A DNA stretch of 64,000 bases from a virus: positions 1-64,000 of the IMG/VR virus record IMGVR_UViG_3300047089_000152; one strand, 5' to 3'. Made by a program: the position numbers and the translations under genes. Below, in pieces: positions 47,474-58,100 of the stretch. The notes beneath the pieces were generated by a model. It was given only the letters and a program-made list of their open reading frames with translations. It had not been told where the DNA came from and made no database searches. Each line of letters begins with the position of its first letter. Positions within the stretch are counted from its first letter, which is position 1.

Positions 47474-47549
47474 CACCGTGGCCAGCCCCGTACCACTGGT
47501 GTAGTGTGACCGGGGTACGTTCAATGCTGGCGGAAACAGAAGGGCATAC

Positions 47550-48194
47550 ATGTTTACTTCTCTACGGCGCGGCCTCCTGGTCGCTGCTGCTACCGCTGTC
47601 GCGCTGGGTGGTTACGCCCTGAGTGCCAGCGCTGCTACACCTGGCTGTACCGCAGTGGCGGGGAACGCCTGCGGGTCCTGGAACACTGAGGTGCCGGGAC
47701 TGCCCGACCTCGACGTGCAAGGCGGCGCAGCGGTCAGCGGCAACAGCCTGATCGTCTTCACCCGCAGCAACCATGACAAGGCCGAGGATTTCATGGTCCA
47801 GATCGTCGCACCGGGAGCGACCTCTAAGTACACGGTTGGCGGCTTCACGGCCGGGGTCACCACTCCTCCCGCTGGCAGCGTGGCTATCCGCTACGCGCCC
47901 AATGGCGTGGACTCCGGGCTTTGCGTCTCGACGGTCAACCCGAACGGGCACGCTGCCGCGCAGCTTCGCGTGTGCAGCAATAACACCACCCAGTTCAACC
48001 CGTTCCAGACTTTCACCTCGCCTGTGGCGTCTGGTGACTTCACGGCGGTTCAGTTCACCGAGGTGATCCACGGCTACGTGATGACCGACCCCGCCAACAA
48101 CGGCTCGATTGGCGTCAAGGGCGCTCGCGTCCAGGTGATCTTCGCCAACAACCTTCATCACACCGGCCAGTTCTGGGGACAGAACGGCGCATGA
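47550..48194 (+). CDS. Secreted protein, ricin-B/beta-trefoil-like
   Basis: Signal peptide ASA; LCV...AQLRVC; Q.W. Confidence 0.65.
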   Translation: MFTSLRRGLLVAAATAVALGGYALSASAATPGCTAVAGNACGSWNTEVPGLPDLDVQGGAAVSGNSLIVFTRSNHDKAEDFMVQIVAPGATSKYTVGGFTAGVTTPPAGSVAIRYAPNGVDSGLCVSTVNPNGHAAAQLRVCSNNTTQFNPFQTFTSPVASGDFTAVQFTEVIHGYVMTDPANNGSIGVKGARVQVIFANNLHHTGQFWGQNGA

Positions 48195-48320
48195 CGAAAC
48201 GGCAGGCGGCAGCCGGCGTGGCCTACGTGCTCTGCGCGTTCCTCGCCATCGCCGGCTTCTGCCTGCTCATCGCCGCGCTGATCATCGCCATGCCCGGCAT
48301 CGACTAGGAAAGGTTCACGC

Positions 48321-48935
48321 ATGAGATTCAGGAAACGTATTCTGGTAACCGCGGCGGCCCTGGTAGCGTTCGCCGGCCTGGCGCTGTCCAGCCCAGCTGC
48401 CCACGCCTCGACACCGTCGATCTGCGGGAACGGCGGCACCGGGTACTGCCTCAACGCCTGGGGTGGCGGCGGCACCGACCTGCCAGTCAAGATGTACAAC
48501 GGCGGGGTAGCCAACGACGCCTACAACTTCCAGCAGATCGTGTTCATGTGCCACGACGGGCACGTCCACGCAGCCGCCCCGTACGGCCCGTGCCCGTTCA
48601 ACAACAGCAGCCTGGACTCGCAGATGAACGGCGCGGTGATCTTCGAGATCGCCTCTGGCAGGGACGGCCTGTGCGTCGGTTCAACGTCCTCAACTGTCGG
48701 CTCGACGGAGGAAGCCTGCCCCGATAGTTTCGGTAACTTCGGCGGCTGGGGCACGATCTACGCGCAGGCGGGTAACTCCAGCTGTCAGAGCCCGAAGTTC
48801 TTCGCGGAAAGCCGGTACTGGTCAGACGCCTACGGCGGGCTGTCCAGCCTCGCGTCCGGAGGGAACGTAGGCAAGCAGGCGTTCACCTCCCCGAACACCT
48901 CGGGGGCGACCTGCTGGGGATGGGTCAACACCTAG
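48321..48935 (+). CDS. Secreted Cys/Gly-rich protein
   Basis: Signal peptide ending PAAHA. Confidence 0.7.
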   Translation: MRFRKRILVTAAALVAFAGLALSSPAAHASTPSICGNGGTGYCLNAWGGGGTDLPVKMYNGGVANDAYNFQQIVFMCHDGHVHAAAPYGPCPFNNSSLDSQMNGAVIFEIASGRDGLCVGSTSSTVGSTEEACPDSFGNFGGWGTIYAQAGNSSCQSPKFFAESRYWSDAYGGLSSLASGGNVGKQAFTSPNTSGATCWGWVNT

Positions 48936-48948
48936 CCCACGACACAAC

Positions 48949-48982
48949 GAAGCCCCGCCGGTGGGAACACCGGCGGGGCTTC
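48949..48982. terminator. Terminator hairpin between convergent genes
   Basis: gaagccccgccggtg-ggaa-caccggcggggcttc. Confidence 0.75.
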
Positions 48983-49016
48983 ACTGTGTCAGAGGTCGCG
49001 CTGTACAGGGTTCACC

Positions 49017-49490
49017 CTACCAGACGCGGAAGAACATGGTGGGCCCTCCACCCCACCAGCCTATCCACCCGATCTGCTGCCCGGTGGAGTGCGCACCGAA
49101 AGTCTGATGCCACCACGCGGTCACCAGCTCCACGTGACCCGACCCGTAGAACGCCAAATCTCCACGCTGCGGGGCATACACGCGGTGCAGGTGCCCGGAC
49201 GCCAGCATCGAATACGTCGAATGCGGCAGGGAGATCCCCGCGTGGGCGAACGCGACCATCACCAGGCCGGAACAGTCGTAAGACGGCCCGGTGCCACCCC
49301 ACGCATACCAGTGGCCGTAAGCGTTGGCCGTGGCCCAGTTCAACGCCACGTTCCCCGCATGCGAACCGCCCAGCACCATCGCATGCGACGTGGCCGCGTG
49401 GGCTGGCGGGGCCAGTGCCGGGGTGGCGAACAGCAGCCCACCCAGTATCGCCGCGACAGCCAGCAGCCGGCGCGTCACTTGCACACCCAC
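49017..49490 (-). CDS. Secreted NlpC/P60 peptidoglycan peptidase
   Basis: YAWGGTGPSYDCSGL...GDLAFY..GHV; signal peptide. Confidence 0.9.
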   Translation of the reverse strand: MGVQVTRRLLAVAAILGGLLFATPALAPPAHAATSHAMVLGGSHAGNVALNWATANAYGHWYAWGGTGPSYDCSGLVMVAFAHAGISLPHSTYSMLASGHLHRVYAPQRGDLAFYGSGHVELVTAWWHQTFGAHSTGQQIGWIGWWGGGPTMFFRVW

Positions 49491-50296
49491 TGGGCGAAGG
49501 TGTCACCGGACGCCTTGAACTTCGCGACGGCGTTGAGGGCGTTGACGTACGGGTTGTAGAGGTTGCCCGGCACCACCTGGCCCAAAATTTGCCAAAGCGA
49601 GGTCGCCCCGGAGGGGTTGTATGCGTAGACGTTCCCGCCTGATTCGCATTCGGCGATCTCCGCGGCGTGCGCCGCCGCCCATGCGGGGCCGCCAGCGCTG
49701 ATCCACAGGGCTTCCAGCCCCGCGTAGGAGTAGTGCAGCGAACCGGTCACCGCGGACCGGCGGACACTGGACTGTCGGGCTACCGCGTGGGCAGCGGCGT
49801 GGCACGGCACGTCCCAGCCGTCCCTGTCGTTGTCACCGCACTCGTTGGGGTAGCCGTACGTGATACCCCACACCTTCCCGTTGCGGGTCACAGCGTGCCG
49901 TACAGCGGCATGCGGGGCATGGTAGGTGGACCCGAGGTGGAGCAGCTTCGGGGGGTCGGTGCACCGGGTCAGGTTCAGGACCTGGCCGGGGAAGATCAGG
50001 TTCGGGTTGCGCCCGATGGTCTTCTCGTTCTGGTGGTAGAACCCGGTCCAGTCGTTCGCGACCCCATGGCAGTACTGTACGGCCAGGCCAGCGAGGGTGT
50101 CCCCCGCCCGGACGGTGTGCTGTACGGGGAGTCCCGCGTGGACGGGCAGCGCAGCGACTGCCAGCCGCAAGCCGACAGTGTCCGGTGCAGGTCGCACAGC
50201 TACCGCCGCGGGCGACGCATACGCGGCCGGGATCAGGGTAAACGTGCTAACAGTGGTGAAAGCGAGGGCGAGTGCACCCGCCAGCATACGTTTCAT
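49475..50296 (-). CDS. Secreted LysM plus lytic transglycosylase protein
   Basis: HTVRAGDTL...NPNLIFPGQVL; IAECESGGN..A.NPSGATSLWQI. Confidence 0.85.
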   Translation of the reverse strand: MKRMLAGALALAFTTVSTFTLIPAAYASPAAVAVRPAPDTVGLRLAVAALPVHAGLPVQHTVRAGDTLAGLAVQYCHGVANDWTGFYHQNEKTIGRNPNLIFPGQVLNLTRCTDPPKLLHLGSTYHAPHAAVRHAVTRNGKVWGITYGYPNECGDNDRDGWDVPCHAAAHAVARQSSVRRSAVTGSLHYSYAGLEALWISAGGPAWAAAHAAEIAECESGGNVYAYNPSGATSLWQILGQVVPGNLYNPYVNALNAVAKFKASGDTFAQWVCK

Positions 50297-50457
50297 CGGT
50301 GAGGTTTTCCTTTCGGGAAAGGTACCTCGCTGAAACGTAGACCAGCGCTCCCCTCGCTGTCACCGTTTCGTGATGAGTCTTCCTGATTCACCCGATAGTC
50401 CACGATTCACGCAGGTCAGCCGTCTGGGTGAATCGCCGCGGTTCGGTTACAAGACGA

Positions 50458-50494
50458 GAAAATACCCCGCAGCGCAACGCTGCGGGGTATTTTC
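50458..50494. terminator. Bidirectional intrinsic terminator
   Basis: gaaaataccccgcagcg-caa-cgctgcggggtattttc. Confidence 0.8.
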
Positions 50495-50526
50495 AGGGAG
50501 CCCAGGGGCAGCCCTTTTTTCGAGTA

Positions 50527-50790
50527 CTAACGCAACCCGCTGAGTGGTCCGCCGGTCACCCCTGTCACGTCCGGGGTGTTGACACGAGGTCTCAGTCCCG
50601 GACGGGAAGTGTGCGGGGCCATGTATGCGGCCACGGTGTGACCGATCCAGGCGAGCGCGAACGGAAGCACGTCCAGGACCGGCTGCGGGACCCCGTTATG
50701 GAACGCCGGGATGTACGATACAAGCGCCCACACGACCAGCCCCGTCACGCCCCCTGCAACAGCCCCCGCCTTGACCTTGGTCTCTACCAT
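50527..50790 (-). CDS. Putative holin
   Basis: VETKVKA, 2 TM segments, AAYMAPHT.RP. Confidence 0.7.
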   Translation of the reverse strand: MVETKVKAGAVAGGVTGLVVWALVSYIPAFHNGVPQPVLDVLPFALAWIGHTVAAYMAPHTSRPGLRPRVNTPDVTGVTGGPLSGLR

Positions 50791-50797
50791 GGGCGCA

Positions 50798-51583
50798 TCA
50801 TAACCCGTGCACGAGGGTAATGATAGAGACAATCACCCCGGTAGCGACGATAAGCGCTACGACGATCGACACGACCGCGTTCTGAGACAGCCGCTGGTCG
50901 GTGCGCGCCTCCGTGTGTCCCCTGTCTGAGCCCTCACCCCGGTCGATGCGTTCTTTCAGTTCACTGATCCGGTCGGTGAGACTCTTATCCAGCGCGGTGA
51001 TCTGCGTCCCCACCAGGTCGATCTGCTTGGTGAAGTTCGTCTCCGTCTTCGTCGCGGCGGTGGTGTTCGCGTCGTTCTGCTGGGACACGGATTCTTTCTG
51101 GGCGAGGAGCGCAGCGTCCAGAGCCTCCTTGCTGGACTTCTTGTCTTGCTCGCCTCGCGTGTCCCGTTCGGTGAACTGCTGCTGGATCGCGTTGAACCGC
51201 TCCTCGTGGAGCTGACGCAGCCCTTCGACGGCGATCTTGATGTCTGTCTGGAGCCGTTCCCGCAGCGCGTCGGACTGCTCAGGGCCCTGGTTGATCACGC
51301 CATCCAGGATCTTCATGATCTTCTCAAGCCCGGCGATCCGCTGGGTCAGTAGCGCTTCCAGGGAGTTGACTGAGTTCGCGATGTCGATCTGCCGCTGGGT
51401 GGCACCTTCGCGGATGGTGACCTCGTTGCGGCCGATCCGGGCTTCCAGGATTTCTTTGACGGAAACCAGTTCGCGGCGCAGGTCATCCTTGGCCTGGGAG
51501 ACTGCGTTGTTGGTCAGCTCGGTGGGGTCCTGCGTCACCCACCAGCCTTGCCCCGGCGGTGGGCTTTGTCCCGGGTCGGTCAT
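50798..51583 (-). CDS. Coiled-coil protein with C-terminal TM segment
   Basis: Heptad-rich; hydrophobic C-terminus. Confidence 0.75.
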   Translation of the reverse strand: MTDPGQSPPPGQGWWVTQDPTELTNNAVSQAKDDLRRELVSVKEILEARIGRNEVTIREGATQRQIDIANSVNSLEALLTQRIAGLEKIMKILDGVINQGPEQSDALRERLQTDIKIAVEGLRQLHEERFNAIQQQFTERDTRGEQDKKSSKEALDAALLAQKESVSQQNDANTTAATKTETNFTKQIDLVGTQITALDKSLTDRISELKERIDRGEGSDRGHTEARTDQRLSQNAVVSIVVALIVATGVIVSIITLVHGL

Positions 51584-51628
51584 GCTTTTATTATCAGGGA
51601 CCAGCAGTCACGGCGGTGTAACGAAATT

Positions 51629-51934
51629 TTAGGCGGGGCCGCGGACACCAGCCAGCGCGGAATCGAAGTTGAACGTCGCGGGCTGCGTACCCACCCCGTA
51701 GTACACCTGAGCGACCGCGAACAGGTTGTTCGACTTCGTCCAGAACGTCGCCGCGTCAGCGGAGGAGAACCCGAGCGTTACCAGCGCCGCGGTCTGCGCC
51801 GCCTGGTCCGCGCCGAGCGTAGCGATCCAGTTCCACAGCTTCACGACAGCCGACATGTCGGCCTGCATCCCCTTCGCGACGCTGGTGAGGATGTTGTTGG
51901 CCTGGTCGCTGCTCGTAGTGACACCTACGGTCAT
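51629..51934 (-). CDS. Hypothetical tail-associated protein
   Basis: Coupled to the minor tail gene. Confidence 0.65.
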   Translation of the reverse strand: MTVGVTTSSDQANNILTSVAKGMQADMSAVVKLWNWIATLGADQAAQTAALVTLGFSSADAATFWTKSNNLFAVAQVYYGVGTQPATFNFDSALAGVRGPA

Positions 51935-54900
51935 TCAGTTCCTCCTCGTTTTCCTCGTACGGTACACGATCGCGGAGTGTCCGGTACCGACAGTGCTGGA
52001 CCAGTTGCAGTACATCGCGATGGAGTGGCTGGCGGTCGTGTCGAACGCGCAGTTGACGGCCACGTTGTTGATGGTCGCGAACTGGTTGGCGATACCGCCG
52101 ATGTTGACGCCTTTCCGTGTGACCCCGCCGTCTAGCGCGCAGTTTACGGTCCCACCGGCCCCGGTCGTCTGGACGGTGGCGCGGAGCCGCAGGCAGAACG
52201 CGTAGGTCAGTCCCGTCTGGTTGATGACCGTCCCGACCGTGACAGAAGACGTACCGCTGAACGCCACACCGTCAAGGAAAAGGTCCAGTGTGAAGGTGGC
52301 CGACGTTCCAGCCGGGGTCGTATACGTCCCGTCGCATTCAAGCTCAAACTCGGACCCGGCGATGGCCTCATTCGCCACGTAGTTCAGGGTGCTCGACAGG
52401 ATGTGCGGGATCGTCTGCGTGTTCATCGTGAAGTTCGTCAGGTCGACCACGCACCGGTCGATGATCAGGTCGTTCCCGGCGCTGGACAGGTACCGGAGCC
52501 TACCCTGCGAGCTGGTATACAGCTGGCTGGCCCCGGACAGCGCCGCGGGTGCGCCGGACTGGCTGACCAGGGTGAGCTGCTGACCCATGATCCCGACCGG
52601 GTAATTGTTCCCGACCGTGTCCGTGCCCGCGACCGGGGCGATCGACGTAATCAGGTTCCCCGCCCCGACCGAACCGGTGTAGGCCAGGTAGTCGGGGAGC
52701 GTGTCGGTGCTGACCGACAGGAATTCCGCCGCCTGGATGATCGTCGCGTCGACGAACCCGGCGTAGACCTGCCCGGCGGCGATCAGCGACGCGGTGAGCG
52801 TGCCAGTGGCGATGTTGGACGCGACGATGGTGCCCGCCGCGATCAGCGAAGATATGATCGTCCCCGCCTGGATCGTGTTCGTCGCGTTGAACGTGATCGG
52901 GTTCCACGCCGACCCGTTCCACTGGGAGATCAGGCCGGTGGCCGAGTTGATCCAGATGTCGTTCAAGTTCGGGTTGGCGGGGGCGTTCACGGAGATCGTA
53001 ACGGCGTTCCCGCCCAGGGTGTGGATGGTGATCCCCTGGTTCAGCATCGACGGGGTGATCGACCCGTTCGCGATCAGCCCGGCCAGGCCCAGCGAGCCCT
53101 GCGCCTGGGAGGAGACGGGGCTCCCACCGGGGATCTGCGCGGTCTGGATGGTCCCCGGGTTGAAACCGGTCTCCCACGGGGTTTCGGGGACTGCGTTGAA
53201 CGCGAACGTCCACTCCTTCGCGTTCAACGTCTCGTTGTAACCCCACACCAGCTGCTTGATGACCGTGCTGGTCAGGAACGACGGGGGGTTCGTGATCTGG
53301 AAGTAGTCACCCAGGTCAAGGTTCGGGAGGGTGGAGAACAGGGTCGCTGACGTCGACCTGATCATCTTGACGGACACGACCGGGAACCGGACCTCGTCGA
53401 CAGCCCCGACGTTCAGGAGGAAATTAGCTATGCCAGGGCATTGCGTGTCAACCGCCGCGTTGACGCTGCGCGTGTACCCGTAACCGTTCCCGATACCGTT
53501 TGGCGGGTTCAATATCGACATCGCACCGGCCGTCAAAATAGCCTGCTGCGTGTACCCCGTCCAGTTCGTGATCGTGATATTGTTCCGGGTCATCTGGTCG
53601 TCATACGCCGGGGCGAGGGACGCGTCGATGACCGCCGCGGTGTAGTTGAACGTGACCGACACGACCTGGTTCGCCATCGACGCGTTCGTCCGGTACCCCA
53701 GGCCGAACTGGTCTTTCGTCTCATACAGCAGCCCGCAGTCGGTGTCCTCAATCGACTGGAGCACGTTGGAGATCGTGTCGTCCAGCTGGGGCCCCAGCGA
53801 AGCTGACGCGGAACTGGTCCCGATCGTCTCCGTTGCTATGCCCTGCTCGGCGCAGACGCGGGTGAACCTGTCCAGCGCCTTCTCACCCACATACCCGTTC
53901 AGGGCTGTAGCAGCCGCGACCATCGACGTGGGGGCACCGTAGTTGACGTGGAGATGCCCGAACGCCGTGTCCATCAGCGCGAACGCACGCGAAACCTGAA
54001 TCCGGGTGACCGCGGCGATCGTCGCGGTGGTCAGCGTGCCCGTCACCGACTCGGTGATACCGGAGGCTCCCTGCTGGATAATCCTGAGCGCGAAGTTGAT
54101 GTTACCACCGGAAGGGACAAGTTCCATGGACACCAGGTACGATGCGCCTTTGACGTTCGTCGTGGTCGTCCCGGAGAACACCACCGCCCCACCGGAGTTC
54201 ACCCCCTGCATTTGCAGGGTCCCGGCCGCGTTCAGGTACAGCTCGAACTTCCGCACCGTCCCCGACGGGGAGTCGATCTCGACCAGGTTCCAGTTCGTGG
54301 TCCCAGAACCTGAATCACCCGCAGGGGGCACGGTAAGCAGGAACCGGGTCACGTTATTCGTCGGTGTCCCACCGGCAGGGACAGTCGCGATGATAGAAGC
54401 CCCGTTAAGGACCGGGATCGCGTCGCTGCCGTGGAACGACTCACTCGACGCCAGCGACAGTCCCGCCTGCCCCCCCACGAACTGCTGCAACGCGTTTGCT
54501 GTGCCAGCCGGTGACCCGAACGGTACCAGCTGCCCCGACCCTGTCCCGTCCTCGCACGGCCAGTACGCCTGCACCGCAGGGCCCGTCAGGTTGTCCACGT
54601 ACCGGCGGAACGCAGAACCTATCGTGGTCAGCTGCTGGGAGATGCGCCGCCAGATCCCCGACGCGACCACGTCCACGGACACGTCCCGGCCGGACGGGTC
54701 CCACCGGGGTGGCCACTCTGACACTTCACCCCAGAACCGGAAACCGGCATAGTTCTGACCCGCCGTCGACGTGGCCGACAGGAATACCCTGATCTGCGTG
54801 TTCCTAGTGATGTTCGGGAAATACGCCCCGGCGCTGTTTTTCGGGGTGAACCGGCCGTCCCGGTCGTTCAGGGTCAAAGTCAGCTGCGCGGGCTGGATTG

Positions 54901-55177
54901 TCGACGTCCAGTCCGCCCGTCCCATCCCCGTGATCTGCACCGGGTTCCGCTGGTACACGTACTGGGTGACGTCCGTCCACACACCGCCCAGCAGCAGGTC
55001 AACCCGCAGCCCAAGCCGCTGCGCGGGGAACGTCGACGCTGTGACAGTAGTACCCGGGATCCCCGCCAGCCCCGACGCGGTAGCCAGCTGAGCCAGCACA
55101 GCCGTGGTCGACACCGTCGACTGGAGGGCGGTACCCGCACCGGAAGCGAGCTGCGCGGGGGCATTGGTGGCTGGCAT
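51935..55177 (-). CDS. Minor tail protein (1080 aa)
   Basis: Follows the TMP; WTDVT...LTLNDRDGRFTP.N; AYWPCED. Confidence 0.85.
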   Translation of the reverse strand: MPATNAPAQLASGAGTALQSTVSTTAVLAQLATASGLAGIPGTTVTASTFPAQRLGLRVDLLLGGVWTDVTQYVYQRNPVQITGMGRADWTSTIQPAQLTLTLNDRDGRFTPKNSAGAYFPNITRNTQIRVFLSATSTAGQNYAGFRFWGEVSEWPPRWDPSGRDVSVDVVASGIWRRISQQLTTIGSAFRRYVDNLTGPAVQAYWPCEDGTGSGQLVPFGSPAGTANALQQFVGGQAGLSLASSESFHGSDAIPVLNGASIIATVPAGGTPTNNVTRFLLTVPPAGDSGSGTTNWNLVEIDSPSGTVRKFELYLNAAGTLQMQGVNSGGAVVFSGTTTTNVKGASYLVSMELVPSGGNINFALRIIQQGASGITESVTGTLTTATIAAVTRIQVSRAFALMDTAFGHLHVNYGAPTSMVAAATALNGYVGEKALDRFTRVCAEQGIATETIGTSSASASLGPQLDDTISNVLQSIEDTDCGLLYETKDQFGLGYRTNASMANQVVSVTFNYTAAVIDASLAPAYDDQMTRNNITITNWTGYTQQAILTAGAMSILNPPNGIGNGYGYTRSVNAAVDTQCPGIANFLLNVGAVDEVRFPVVSVKMIRSTSATLFSTLPNLDLGDYFQITNPPSFLTSTVIKQLVWGYNETLNAKEWTFAFNAVPETPWETGFNPGTIQTAQIPGGSPVSSQAQGSLGLAGLIANGSITPSMLNQGITIHTLGGNAVTISVNAPANPNLNDIWINSATGLISQWNGSAWNPITFNATNTIQAGTIISSLIAAGTIVASNIATGTLTASLIAAGQVYAGFVDATIIQAAEFLSVSTDTLPDYLAYTGSVGAGNLITSIAPVAGTDTVGNNYPVGIMGQQLTLVSQSGAPAALSGASQLYTSSQGRLRYLSSAGNDLIIDRCVVDLTNFTMNTQTIPHILSSTLNYVANEAIAGSEFELECDGTYTTPAGTSATFTLDLFLDGVAFSGTSSVTVGTVINQTGLTYAFCLRLRATVQTTGAGGTVNCALDGGVTRKGVNIGGIANQFATINNVAVNCAFDTTASHSIAMYCNWSSTVGTGHSAIVYRTRKTRRN

Positions 55178-55185
55178 CTAACGGC

Positions 55186-58100
55186 TCACCTTTCCTGTAA
55201 GTGACTGCCCCAGGCGCGCTGGACCGATCCGCCGCCCTTGACCTTGACGTTTTTCTTCAGCCACGAGATCAGGAACGCGTCGAACGCGTTCCCCGACGGG
55301 GTGATCTCGAACGTGACGGTGGGGCCACCTGAAGCGCTGACCGCCTCATTCCGCCCGGTCCCGTTGTACGCCATCGTCAAACCGGGTTTCAGCCATCCGC
55401 CCCGGTCATAATTGACCATCCCGCCCAGCATGAACGGTGCCACCGAGGAGATGAAAGCCCCCAGGTTCCCGGCGACGTCACCACCGTACGTGTGGGTCAC
55501 CGGGGGTAGCACCGGGCCGGGGGGCGGGGGAGTCACCCCGGGGTGCGCCGCGATGAACGCGTTCGAGTAGCCGAGCATCTTGGAGATAGCGTTGACGGTT
55601 GCCTTGTCCCTGCCTAGTTGCGCTTTCCAGCCCTTCACCGGCCCGGCCAGGGATTTCAGGCTGCCAGCCGCGCGGATCTCCTTGTCCAGGCCGAGTTCGT
55701 TCACGCCCAGCTGGCCGCGCCACGCACGTTCAACGGTCAGCTCGCTGCCCAGCACACCCAGACGGCGGGTCTCATCCGCGGCTGTCGCGGCCCAGAACTT
55801 GTGCTGCCCGGAGGATAGTCCCTTAGCCCCGGCCAGCGCCTTGGCCCGGCTGACCGCTGCTTGCATCGCTGCTATCTGCTGGTTCACCACGACCGGACCC
55901 CACGCGGCGCCGAACCCGCCCCCACGCTTAGACTGCCATGCCCTCAGATACGCGGACCCGCGTGACGCGACCGACCCGCCGGCAGCGTACCCGGGGACCA
56001 TGCCACCCGAACCGTAATATCCGACACCGCCAGGGTGCGCGTAATACTGGTTCCACGCGTTCACCGGGTTGCCGTACCGCTGCGCGATGTACGCGTACAT
56101 CCAGGACAGCTGCGGGCCTGCGTGCGACCCTCCAGCAGCCTGCGCGGCGAACGGCATCTTCGTCGGGGGCAGCGCCTGCGGGATGCCGTACGCACCCGAG
56201 GAGGGGTTCCGCGCGAACCGGTTGTATCCGGCCTCGTGCATTTCCAGGGTGTTGAACGACGGCCACATCGACGAAGGCCACGGGAACATGCTCCTGGCTA
56301 TGGCCAGGTTGGCTGCCGCATCCCCGCCGGTAGGCCCAGCACCGGACACACCCCCTGAAGCAGCCGCGGCAGCCGCGGCCTTCACCGCGGCGGCCTCGGC
56401 GGCTTTCAGCGCGGCCCGCATCATCGACACCATCGACGCTTGCATCGTGGTGCTGAACTGGTGGTACTTATTCACCGCGTACTGGCCGGAAAGCACGGTC
56501 CGGTCACCGGCCTGGACCAGGCCACCACCTGAGAACCCGGGTAGCATCCCCCGCAGGTGATCAACCGCACCGGCGTTGACCATCTTCGTCGGGACGACCA
56601 CCTCACCGGGCATCAGCATCGCCGCGACACTATCCTTACCGGGCGTACCCCCGGTGACATACCAGCCCGCCGCGGCCTGCTTCTGCTTCCCTGTCGCCGC
56701 GTTGATCTCCGACAGGGAAAACGAACCCTTACCCGTCATGAGCAGCTCGAACGCCGCGGACTTAGGTATCCCCAGCACCTTCGCGATCATCCCGGCGATC
56801 TTTCCGGTGCTGTCATTCGCGGCGCGGCCAGCGGTGACAATCTTGTTCGCCGTGTCCACCAGCGCCTGCGACCCGCTATGCGCGGCTGCGGGCAGCTTAG
56901 AACCAAGCCTCTGATCCATAGCGTCCAGGACCGCTGTCGCCTGCGGCCCCTTGATACCCAGGTCTGCGAGGTCTTTCAGCAGGGTCTGGCGGGCCCCGTG
57001 CCCGGCCGCTGTTGCTTGCGTCCCGTGAATGACAGATTTCGCGTACGCGTTCATCGCGCCCTGCAACCCGACCGCGTTCTCCACCGCGACCGCCATGTCC
57101 TTCGACAGGTCCTGAGCCAGCGTCGCACCCAGCTTCTGCGCGTCCAGGGACATGTTCGAGAACGAGATCGCCGCTGCCGCGGCGGCCTTCTGAGCCGCAC
57201 CCAGCGGGTCCTTCGTTTTACCCGCCCATTTAGATAGCAGCTGAAGGTTCGTGGTGGCCGGACCCCCCGCTTCCTGCGCCAGAGCAGAGATCTCCGCCGC
57301 GGCCACCTTCGATGTCCCGGCCATCGGGATCATCACCTGCACGACTTCCTTGATCGCCGCGATCTGCTGAGACGAAGCAGTCCCGGTCAGCCGGAACGCG
57401 TCAGCCATCTGCGTCGCAGCGTTGAACGTGTCCTGGAAGTCGGTTTGCAGCTGCAACGACGCGTCCGTGACCCTGCGGGACACACCCGTCAGGCCGGTGC
57501 CCAGCCCGGAAATCGCCGCGCCCGCCACACCCGCGTCGTTGCTGAACCGTTTCAGCGTGTTCGCGAACGTCAAGAACCCGGATACGGGGCCCGCCACGAT
57601 CTTGTCGAAGGTGTCAAACGCCGTGTTCAGCGACTGGACGTTCTTCAGCTGGTCGGACTGCGCGATAGTCAGCACGTTGATCGCGCTGCCCAGCTGGGTC
57701 GCGCCCACCCCCATGTTCGCGTAACCCTGAACGACACCGTTGATCTGAGTAAGTGCCTGCGTCCACTGCTTGCTGTTCCCCAGGAAATCGGAGACCTTCA
57801 CCCCGGCCAGCGCCGCCAGGGCCATCGCCCCGGACAGCCCGTCAGTCCCGAACGCGTGCGTGATACCAGCTAGCCGGCCCGTCACCAGGGTCAGCTGGCC
57901 CGCCAGCTTGTTATGCTCCTCAGCTAGCCGCTGCACGTCCTGCGCCGCGTTGGATATGCCGCTAGCCTGCAACGCGATCTGCAACGCGGCCAGGTTACCC
58001 CCGGACGTTTTCAGCGCGCCGCTGAGCTTGCCCGTCTCATTCGACAGTTTCGCTGTCGTCTGCGACAGGGCGTTACTGAGCGTGTTGATGAGATTCAGGG

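Noticed and set aside
50297-50457. c-di-AMP (ydaO) riboswitch upstream of the LysM-transglycosylase gene
   Set aside because: The context fits, but I could not find the conserved riboswitch motifs; only a small hairpin over the RBS is evident
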